Under the pieces are notes generated by a model that saw only the letters and a list, made by a program, of their open reading frames with translations, was not told where the DNA came from and made no database searches. This document shows, piece after piece, positions 24,168 to 36,100 of a DNA stretch of 64,000 nt. The number at the start of each line of letters is the position of its first letter. Position 1 is the stretch's first letter. The translations under genes were made by a program, and so were the position numbers. The DNA lies in assembly GCF_023055435.1 (NCBI RefSeq), contig NW_025963857.1, positions 22,072,001 to 22,136,000 of the forward strand, written 5' to 3'. Source of the DNA: Haliotis rufescens. Lineage: Eukaryota.

Positions 24168-27100
24168 CAACAGGTACATTTCTTTTGCATACTTTAAGTT
24201 TCTGTTTTGCTGTTTGTTTTCCAATGATTAAGAATTTGATGTATAATTTTACAAACATCTAAAATGTCAGGCTCAATTCTGAGTAAAAGAATTGTGCTGG
24301 TTTGGGGATATATATTCATTGTGGGATGTTATTTGTTGGTCTGTGCCACCAAGTAAAGCTTTTATTGCTTAACAAATGCTTAAGGAGAGATGGGGTCTCG
24401 TACTGGTGAAACTGTTGACGCATCATTGCCTCTGTTTCATCATGAGTTTCCCTTACTGTGACGTGGCTTGAATACTGTTAAAAATGTTGAAGGACCATAC
24501 TCACTCACTGTTACCATTTCTTCAGAGGCTGTGGGGTCCAGGATGGATGAGGAGCTGGGGGAGATGGCTGTGGAGATGGATGGCCGATTCCAGAATATAC
24601 GTACCCAGGAGACTAATCTAGGTGAGTAGAGTTATCTCCTCTTATTATTACAGGATAGTTTGACTGATAGATGTCTATCACTGTACTTTGTTCAAGATAC
24701 ACTGCTTTTGTGTATGATGTTCCTCTTATTTTCTGTCTTCCAAGGCAACCGTGTCCACTAGCCTATATCAAAGCCTAGTTTCTACCCTTGCCACAACAGG
24801 ATAGTTTGACTGTTAGATGTCTATCACTGTACTTTGTTCAAGATACACTGCTTTTGTGTATGATGTTCCTCTTATTTTCTGTCTTCCGAGGCAAGCGTGT
24901 CCACTAGCTTATATCAAAGTCTAGTTTCTACCCTTGCCACACCAAGGCCACTTTTCTTGGCTCGACCCTGGAACCACCTTGCTTAGTTCACGAGTTGAGC
25001 CCTTTGTAATGAAAACGCGATATCCAATCAGATTGCTGTTCTTATCTCGTATAGCTTCACAAAAACATAGGCAATCGTTGGGGGTTTAAAAGATGAAAAA
25101 GACATATTCCAGTAGAAAGTCACTTTCATACGAAGGTGTACCAGTCGTGGATGTTGATTTTGTGAAACATTCTCTGATTGGACTATGGATATGTGCGATA
25201 GTCCAATCATATTTAGCACAGGAAAGTGGGCTTGATGTGGCAAGGGTGGAAACAAGACTTTGATAAAAAGGCTAGTGGATGCTCTTGCCTCAGGAAGATG
25301 CTTATTTTCAGCTACGATCACTTTGTGAAATAGGGACAAGTGTATCCTTGGTATCCAAATGTTCTATCATCTACAAACTTGATGTTATGAGTAGCATACT
25401 CGTACCTGTGATGATTCCAGGTTAGAATTGGTCCTCGGTAACCCATGCTTGTTGTAAGAGGCGACTAATGGTATCGTGTGGTCAGGCTCGCTGGCTTGGT
25501 TGATGCATGTCATTTATCCCAATTGTGTAGATTGATGCTCATGATGTCAGTCACTGGATTGTCTGGGCCATGATTATTTACTGACCCCCACCATGTAGCT
25601 GGAATAGTGCGGCGCTAAACAACAAACAACAAACAAAAGAAAACTAAGAGCAGCAGAGAAATGAACTTTTAATCACAGACTTTTCAGTATGTCATATTTC
25701 AGTTCACAAAATAGTAGGTTGAAATTGACTATGTCCTCTTTTATGTGTAGTATATGCCAGTAGTATGCTTATTCTGTTTATTTGTTTCCCAGCACAACAC
25801 ATTTTTGGGGACACTCAATAAAGTGGTATGATTTTGTATGTTTCTGCACATTTATTGCTAAACACTTGTGCAAGGAGATATTTTTGGTCACTGTCTGTTT
25901 TATGTCTAACAATTGTTTGCAGGGTAGTTTTTGATGTAGAATTTTGAAATGTTGTGATTAACTAACAGCACCTTTGACAGTTTGACCTTTTTGAGTGGCT
26001 GCTTGTGTCAGCTGTCACACTGTCACACTGTCCAGCAGTGAAATTTAATGAAAATAGAAAATCATACCAAATAATTAAAACTAGGAAAGAATGCTGTGGT
26101 GTATGGGTTACTGTGTACACCCAAAAAATGTTTTCAGTTCCCTTGGCGATAGTGGTGTTTGTACTTAATAGACCTGTGAAGATCCGGGGTAGAATAGGTC
26201 TTCAGCAACTCATGCTTGCCGTAAATGGCCACTAGGCTTGTCGTAAGAGGCGACTAACAGGATCAGGTGGTCAGCCTTGCTGACTTGGTTAATGCATGTC
26301 ATCGTATCCCAATTGCGTAGATCCATGCTCATGTTGTCAATCACTAGATTGTCTGGTCCATATTCAATAATTTACATACCGCCGTCATACAGATGGAATA
26401 TTTCTGAGTGTGGCGTTAAACAATAAACAAACACATGGTTTCATGCTATATTCACACCACATAGTCTCTTTTGTTATTTAACACTGCATGTTGCCAAGTG
26501 CAGCGTTAAACAACAAGCACACAATAAAATAACCCCTGTACCATACAGTGTGCTGTTTGCCGGTAATTACCCAGAGCTCCAGATAAGCTTTTGGTGTTGT
26601 GGGTATTTTACCCATGCATTTTAAAATCATTGGGTATCAGTAATTCTATCTACATATTCAAATTTCTGTTACCCACTAGTTTTTACACATGTGAGTATTT
26701 AAGTTAAATATTCAAAAACACTATTCATCTAGTCCCCGCAAACTGGAGTCGTGTGGGTTCGAGAGCTTTATAGGACTCAAAAATACCATGATACTTCCAC
26801 AAGAAAGAGTGATGGCAAATGATCATGATGTAACTGTCATCGTGGAGTTAAGCAAGGTTGACGGAATGCCCGTTTATAATTTCAAAATAAGTTGCTGATT
26901 TGCTAATCGAATACGCAGGGTTACTTCACAATATTTTGATGATACGCACAAATTTTATTTTTGTAGCATATCTGTAATGTTCGTTGCGTATTTGATACGC
27001 TTGGATGACATTTTACTGCGTATTTCTGCATTTCTGATGCGTATTTTACGCAGATACGCAGCTTATCTTGAGCTCTGAATTACCAGTTTTTTACCGGTAA

Positions 27101-30100
27101 AATAAGGCTAGGACCGGTAATTCATGTGACTTTCAGTCCCTGTGGATCAGCAAATAAAGTACCCTATTTATCTTAGTTGTTGAACAAAACATTGGCGATA
27201 TTTTAAGTATATTTTTCAAACAAAGTCAGCTGGTATATTACCATGATGGTTTCCCCTTGTCTATTTGTAGTGCAAGGAAATAACCTTTTCGCTTTGCTTC
27301 GAGGTTAAATATATATTTGTAGTGACTTAGTCTCGAAATATCAATATTTTGTTTTTAGAAAATTGTGACTGAACTGTAGATTGTAGATCTAGCTAAGTTA
27401 CTTCAGAGATGATGTCATTGCATTGAATATGATATTGAAAGACTTAAAAACAGGTAATTTTCACATTTTAAAGTTGGGACTTACAAAAATTAGGGGGAAC
27501 TGGTAACGTTTAGAGTTGCCAGTCCACCAGGACTGGCAGTTTTAAAAGCCAGTGGGAACACTGACCATAGTAACTTCTATAAACTCTCTTGTAAGATTTT
27601 CCGTCTGTTAAAATTATGATCTACAGTATTATGCATGCTTTCATCACAGTCAGCTGATAGCACTCCCTAACTCACCAATTTGTCGGCCCTCTTGTTTAGG
27701 TCAGCCTCCTATATCAGGCTGACATGACATACAATGACAACCCAACTCACTCACTCACTCATTCAAATCCCCAACTCACCCTGATGATAAATAATATTAC
27801 CTTAGTTTGTTAGTTTCACCATTTAGTTGACATGCTGTGATATAACTGAATATGTTGGTCAAAGTGGCAATGAACCCAACTCACTCACTCACTCACTACT
27901 TAATTCTGCATGCAAACCTTATAGGATGAAGAGAAACCTATGCTTTGATAGGCAGAGTTAGCAAGAGATCTCATACTTTGTTCATTATTGTATGCCTAAT
28001 AACCCCTTTCATATGACTTTCATATATACATGAATGATCCTTATGAATCCTCTACCTCTATTACATCATTGCCATAAATTCTGTATTTTGGCTGAAACCA
28101 CACAATAACTTTATCTTCACATTTTCCACAGAAGTCCTTTTCAATGTCAACTACAAACAACAAGTTGTTCCTGCAATAACTGCAGTAGCCTGACAACTCT
28201 TCCGTGCGCAAAGGCTGGAAAAACCTCACTTCTTTCCTGTGTGCGCTAGAGACAACGCCTTTGGTTTAGCTTACCCTAGCACTTGGTTATGTAGCCACAC
28301 TCTTTAACTAGTATCCCATCGGTACTTAGTTTAAGCGTTACAAGAAAGATTTGTATAGGCAAATTACTAGCTGGTTACATGAGTATTTTCTGCGGTTGGT
28401 TTTTGTGTTATGGCATCGTCTGTCATTGGGGTCCCACATAATTTCTGCTGGGAATTGCAGAGTAAGTGCTGAGGAGGAGCTTTGCACTCATCTCTCCAAG
28501 ACAGCTTTTTCAAAGGTGGATGACTCTTTCACTGAAGTCACGCGTAAGGGGGCTGCTAAGAAGAAAGTCCTTGCCTGATGGATCCCAAGACCATGGCATC
28601 TATCACAACACCTACTAACTCCTCAGCCAGACCCAGCTTCTGGTTTTTCAATCAGCACGTTGGAGAAGCTTTGTGCACAGCAGAAGCCATCCATTGAAGT
28701 CTTCCTTGCCTCCCGTCTATCAGCATAATCATCGGAGGTTGACAAGTTAAAGAAGGCTCAGTCCTTACAGCCTCAAAAGAATCCCCTGGCCAATAGGCTG
28801 CATGGGGGTATGTTTCTAGTTGAGCCCCGACTATCTTCGTCTGCCAGTGCCTTGGTTGCAGGACTTCCGGACAAGCAGCTAGGTAGTGGCGACCATGCCT
28901 TACCCACCGTGACAACCGTCCGTGCCGGTCCCTCCACGGTCCACACCGGTCCCTCCACGGTCCATCTGGATATCCTGTTAGACCTACAGAGAACTGAAGT
29001 TCAACATAAGGGTATGGGTTAATCTAAGGTCCCGTATGGCTCCCACATGGACCACGTTGACCACACAGACTACCAGTCTAATACTAATATGAAACTCATC
29101 ATCACTGCAAGTTGATGCCCATACGCACTGATCAGGCTGGACTTTTTTACAGTCTACTCGACATGGTTGTTTCGTATATAGGAGGATTTACTGACAACAC
29201 AAATCTGGATTCTTCCCAGCTCCTCGCGTTACAGCGCTAGCAGCTCCTTGCACAGATCGGGTCGTTGTCTCCTAAACGGTCTCACGACTCCTCCAGGGAT
29301 TCCACCTTCCTCAAACAGGCTTAGAAGAAGTTCATACTATCAAGGAAGGAGTGCTTTCCGACCTCTCGTCGCTACGATCGTTCCCAGGCACCTTCTGAGG
29401 TTTTTTGTCCCTCAGACCCAGTACTCATCCCTCTCCACCTCCGTCATGATCTGTCCTGGTGGACTCTTTGTGACCTTGTCTGGGATTCTCACCAGATGCC
29501 TATTTTGTAATTCCTATTCTTTGATTGACATTGTTATATACTTGTTACAACTGCGTGAAGATCCGGGGTAGAATAGGTCTTCATCAACCCATGCTTGCCA
29601 TAAAAGGCACTGGATTGTCTGGTCCATACTCGATTATTTATGCTGAGTGCGGCGTTAAACAAAAAAACAAAAAAAGCAAAACAAAAATCCTCTAGTGGTT
29701 TGATGTTTTGGTGAGGATTGCACACTGAAGAGCTGTCAGGCTACTGGTGCTATCCCGGGAACAACTAGTTTGTAGTTGTAGTTGACAGTGAGGTGAGGTG
29801 AAATGGGGTGTAACATCGCGTCAAAGATTATTGCACATATATAGTGACTTGCATGCATTGGCTGCTTGTACTAGTCCGGACTGATGCCGATTTATAGTGC
29901 TAGCCCACTGAGATACCATGAATAAACCACTCAGACACTGACTGACAGACTTATACTGACTCTGAGCCTACCAGTCCTTGTTTTAGTCCCTTAATGCCGA
30001 GCCCCAGACAGGGTAACAAAAGTGCCATCTTTTAACTTCTTTTAGTATGACCCGGCTGGGGATTGAACCCCGGACCTTCCGCTCTCTGGGCGGACCACTA

Positions 30101-33100
30101 GACCACGGAGGAGGACTTCTGTTTAAAATCTGAAGATTTAGTTATAGTGTGGTTGCAACCAAAATACAGGATTTATGGCAATGATGTAATAGAGGTAGAA
30201 TTCTCAGAATTATTACCAATGATAACTATTGAGTTGATGTTGCTGTACTATTACTTTTCTAAGGCCCAGTGAAGAGGCGACTTAGGGATGAGGCAGTCAG
30301 ACTCGCTGACTTGGTTGATGCATGTCATCGTATCCCACTTGCATAGATCGATGCTCATGATGTCAATCACTAGATTGGTTGATCCAGAATCAATTATTTA
30401 CATGCCACTGTCATATATCTGCAATATTGCTGAGTGCCGGGTTAAAAACAATAAACAAACTTTGCTCAGGGAGAGCTTTTGGGGAGAAGCAATTTGTTAA
30501 AAATATTAATGGGTAACAACTTGGTTTCTATGGCAATGGGTGACCTTCAGTTGTGATGTCACATCAGTTCTCACACTATCAGTCACTGGTTTGTTTTGAG
30601 CACTCCGTAATATCCTCACTCATTCAATGTTCTCACGGTACTAAAATTGTCTATACTTTTGCTGTCATAGTTGCATGTGTGCAGAGGTAAAACTGCAAGG
30701 AGACGTAGAAACATAATATGAATTACAATATGCTGGAGTCAAAGGTTTAGTGGTTTTTTTAAAATCCTCAGTATTTATACATTATGTGTTTGTGTAAATA
30801 TCAGTGTTGACAGCAATTTTTGTTGTGGCTGTCTTTGTTGACACTTAACACTGTTGCCTACATATCCAGGTGAGCTACAGTGTTGTGGCACTATTTTTAA
30901 AAGATCAAATTATATTTGTAAAGATAAAATATATGTTAAAACACTGTTCAAAGAAGGGACATACAATTGTTTGTAAATGATTATCTTAAATGTACATGAT
31001 AATGTTTGTTTTGATGTAGGTAATTTTGTGATGGACATCATGCTGACAGCAACCAAGGCTGAAATAGCACTGCTCAACTCAGGGACTTTCAGATCTGACA
31101 AAATACATCCAAAAGGAGTCTTCAAAATCAGGGATCTTCTCACCATATTGCCTCTCGTTGATCCGCTGGTGGTTCTTAAGGTCACAGGTGGGTGTGGAGA
31201 TTACTAGCAACAAGTGTATTGGGACACTAGCATTGGTAACTGTATTTCTGTGCTGCTCCCAATAAAGGATTGTGATGATCAAAATAATTATAGACCTGTG
31301 AAGATCTGGGGTAGAATGGGTCTTCAGCAAATGGTACTTGCCGTAAAAGGCGACTATGCTTGTCATAAGAGGCAACTAACGGGATTGGGTGGTCAGACTC
31401 GCTGACTTGGTTGATGCATGTCATTGAATCCCAATTGAGTGGATTGATGCTCACGATGTCAATCACTGGATTTTCTGGTCCAGACTTGATTACATACAAA
31501 CCGCTGTCTTATAGCTGAAATATTGCTGAGTGTGGCGTTAAACAACAAACAAACAAAATGATTATAGGCAGCAGCACAGAGATACGGTTACCGCAACTAT
31601 TGGTGCACAAGCCTATTAGAAGGGATAGGTAAAGAAGACCAAGCACATCATCACTTGGTCATTATGTACAGTGGGTGACATTAGTGCCAGGCCAGTAGCC
31701 AATCTATGTAATTTGAGTCAGCTTCTGTTAGAAGTGACAATTTTTCAGATTACTCTCACTTTACTTTCCATAAATGGTCACAATAAATAAGCACATTTAT
31801 TCCTATGTGAGTTGGCCTGTCATTACATTCATTACGTCATTATAATTGACTAGCATTAAACAACAGTAACTCACACACACACTAAGTACATACTTCAGTG
31901 TACGGTAAATTGGTCTTTTAGGCAATTATACTCAGATTTAAAATTTTCCTTTGCCTTGATTGTTAATTGCCATTAGTAATTATCACATTAAAAGAAACAT
32001 AGAGTGAATTTTTGGCTTATCTTAAGCTGACAAAGTTGATATTTTCCTGAGTGGTGCGTCAAAGATTGAAAATGTCATGAGATGTGTTAAACATGTTATT
32101 TGACACGAAAAGACAGATTTTTATTTATTATGTATTTTCTTACACAACCGTCTCGGAAAACAAAAGTTTCATAGTGGCAAACTGAAAGAAGTTATGGCAC
32201 TAAGTTGAGTGAAATAGTGGTTTTATATTTGATATAAAATAGTATTTGATCACTAAGTACATGGTAACTATTTATATATTTTCTATATAACCTTCTCCAC
32301 CTTTCCCAGGATCCCAGCTCCATCAAGCTCTAGAGAACGGGGTGTCCAAGTACCCAAAACTGGAGGGGCGTTTCCCTCAGGTGTCAGGGATGGTGTTTGG
32401 ATTTGACCCCAGCAAACCTCCAGGGGAACGTGTGGACTCCCGCTTGGTGAAGGTACAAGGTGGATACCTTGAGCTGGACAGGGTAAGGAACTTGTGGCCA
32501 TGTTATCTGTCAAACCTCCAGGGGAACATGTAGACTCCAGCGTGGTGAATGTGTAGAGGGAATACCTCCAGCTGGATAAGGTAAGGAACTTGTGGCCATG
32601 TTATCTATCAAACCTCCAGGGAACGTGTAGACTCCAGCGTAGTGAATGTGCAGAGGGAATACCTCCAGCTGGATAAGGTAAGGAACTTGTGGCCATGTTA
32701 TCTGTCAAACCCCCAGGGAACGTGTAGACTCCAGGGTGGTGAATGTGTAGAGGGAATACCTCCAGCTGGATAAGGTAAGGAACCTGTGGCCATGTTATCT
32801 GTCAAACCTCCAGGGAACGTGTAGACTCCAGCGTGGTGAATGTGTAGAGGGAATTCCTCCAGCTGGATAAGGTAAGGAACCTGTGGCCATGTTATCTATC
32901 AAACCTCCAGGGAACGTGTAGACTCCAGCGTGGTGAATGTGCAGAGGGAATACCTCCAGCTGGATAAGGTAAGGAACTTGTGGCCATGTTATCTGTCAAA
33001 CCTCCAGGGAACGTGTAGACTCCAGCATGGTGAATGTGTAGAGGGAATACCTCCAGCTGGATAAGGTAAGGAACTTGTGGCCATGTTATCTATCAAACCC

Positions 33101-36100
33101 CCAGGGAACGTGTAGACTCCAGCTTGGTGAATGTGTAGAGGGAATACCTCCAGCTGGATAAGGTAAGGAACTTGTGGCCATGTTATCTGTCAAACCTCCA
33201 GGGAACGTGTAGACTCCAGCGTGGTGAATGTGCAGAGGGAATACCTCCAGCTGGATAAGGTAAGGAACTTGTGGCCATGTTATCTGTCAAACCTCCAGGG
33301 AACATGTAGACTCCAGGGTGGTGAATGTGTAGAGGGAATACCTCCAGCTGGATAAGGTAAGGAACTTGTGGCCATGTTATCTGTCAAACCTCCAGGGAAC
33401 GTGTAGACTCCAGCGTAGTGAATGTGCAGAGGGAATACCTCCAGCTGGATAAGGTAAGGAACTTGTGGCCATGTTATCTGTCAAACCTCCAGGGAACGTG
33501 TAGACTCCAGCATTGTGAATGTGTAGAGGGAATACCTCCAGCTGGATAAGGTAAGGAACTTGTGGCCATGTTATCTGTCAAACCCCCAGGGAACGTGTAG
33601 ACTCCAGCGTGGTGAATGTGTAGAGGGAATACCTCCAGCTGGATAAGGTAAGGAACTTGTGGCCATGTTATCTATCAAACCTCCAGGGAACGTGTAGACT
33701 CCAGGGTGGTGAATGTGTAGAGGGAATACCTCCAGCTGGATAAGGTAAGGAACTTGTGGCCATGTTATCTATCAAACCCCCAGGGAACGTGTAGACTCCA
33801 GGGTGGTGAATGTGTAGAGGGAATACCTCCAGCTGGATAAGGTAAGGAACCTGTGGCCATGTTATCTGTCAAACCTCCAGGAGAACGTGTAGACTAATGC
33901 CTGGTGAAGGTGCAGAGCAAATTCCTCCAGCGAGACTAAGTAGGTAACTTGTGGCAGCATTGTCAAAAGTACAGGAGAATGTGCAGACTCCCTCATTGTT
34001 AAGATGCAACAGGAATACTTGACAAGGATGTACAATAATAAAAACACTGCATTTCAATTCTTTTTTTCTTTTGTCACTCGAGTCAATATCTTATTTACAA
34101 GAGGCCTTTATTTGCTGTACTGAGTTGTGTCCTTGGCACTACCGGGAACTGACAATCTTGGCTTCAAATACAAGAACTGACTTACTCCATGTCCTAGATT
34201 TGTCAGCACCACATCCATGCTTGTGGGCTTCACCGAATTTGTAAAAATGAAAATCTGTGACGTGGCAAGGCGACAAGCTGTGATGGTATTTAACCTAACA
34301 TGCTTACTAACTATATCAGCCATATAGATAATATGTCAGTTTTATTGGTGCCATGTATTCTGTGTAATAATGAAGCTGTCTCTCCTTCAGGTGTACACTC
34401 TGTGTACCAAGGAGTACATCGCTGCTGGGAAGGATGGCTATGATGTGTTCAAGCCTTGTGAAATAGCGGTGAGATTTGTACTAATGCTCATGTACAAAGA
34501 CCCTGAAGATCCGGGGTAGAAAAGGTCTTCAGCAACCCATGCTTGACCTAAAAGGCGACTATGCTTGTCGTAAGAGGCGACTAACGGGATCGGGTGGTCA
34601 GGCTCGCTGACTTCGTTGATACATGTCATTGTATCCCATTTGCGTGGGACCCGTGAAGATCCGGGGTAGAATAGGTCTTCAGCAACCCATGCTTGCTGTA
34701 AAAGGCGACTATGCTTGTCGTAAGAGGCGACTAACGGGATCGGGTGGTCAGGCTCGCTGACTTCGTTGATGCATGTCATTGTATCCCGATTGCGTGGATC
34801 GATGCTCATGATGTCAATCACTGAAGTGTATGGCCCAGACTTGATTATTTACAGACCGCCATCAATCAGATTGAAACACACACTTTTTACATTGAAGATA
34901 AAACTTGTTCCCAATGATCACAGCTAAATCTACTCAGGAGGTTTTTTTAACCACCAGTTAATGGCCATTGTTTTTTTTTAATTAAATGTTGCATATGTAA
35001 ATTCTGTAAACAAGGGGCTCTTGTCATAATCCTAATGTTAAAAGTTAAAGATTTTGGGGCCCCTAACTTCAAATGATGGTACCCCTGGAGAAGACCTGGA
35101 GTATCCCAATGCCCAATGCCCCCCTTAATTTCAAACACTGTAAACACCATGTTCCATGTTTTGCCATATTTTAAATATTCACCTTCATTTGGCCTTAGTA
35201 CTTTAACAAAGTCCTTAAATGCTCTCAGAATGCACTCTGGGCTCTGTAAACATCTTCTCTTGAACTGGCATTCATGTTCCTTTAAATAATGACACCACTT
35301 TGTGTGAGTTGAAGTATGTACATTACTCGGACAACTTGCAGGTGTCTGCTGAACAGTGTCAGTCTCTATCGACGACCGTCAACAACCACTTTGACTCTGT
35401 GAAGATCTACAAGGGGCAGAAACCATGCAAGTCCGGACACAGACAGAGTCTCTTGTGTCTAGCTAGGTATGTACAGTTCAGATTTGTCTCATCCATGTAT
35501 TGCTGTGAGTGAGTGAGTTGGGTTTATGTTACTGTGTGTCAACTTATGTGGGAGGAAAGCCGGAAATGGTGCAGGTGTCACATGTTTACCACTTCGGTGA
35601 AACCCATGAGCATGGGTATGGTGCTGACAAACCTAGAAACATAATTGGGGTGACCGGGATTTGAACCACGATCCTAGATTTCTTAGAGATACAACTCAGC
35701 AAATTGTGGGGCCTTAGATGACTGGTTCACCTGTGCCCTTCAGAAGTTTTGTGTACTTAGACCTTATTTTAAGCACACTAGGGGTGACTGTCAAAACATT
35801 TGTACACTACAATTGAACAAGATATAACTGTTGTTACAATTGATCCAGATTTTGAAGTTACCGGTAGTTAGGCATTTCTGTTTTTATTAGTGCTATATCA
35901 AATCATATTGTGAAATCAGTGATCAAGACAATATATATATAACATTGTAAGGCAAGGGGTAGAAGGTTATTTCAATTCTGAATACATTGTAGCACTAGGA
36001 AAGACATCGTCAATACTTCACTTGTGTACTTGCGTACACATTCCTCCATCACCTCTTAATAGGACTGCTTTGCTGTGAAATCACCATTTTCAAAGAATTT

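Noticed and set aside
32413-33960. Regular array resembling CRISPR (also 39435-39628, 43258-43486, 57195-57780)
   Set aside because: Units are contiguous near-identical repeats with no unique spacers, there are no cas genes, and the context is eukaryotic.
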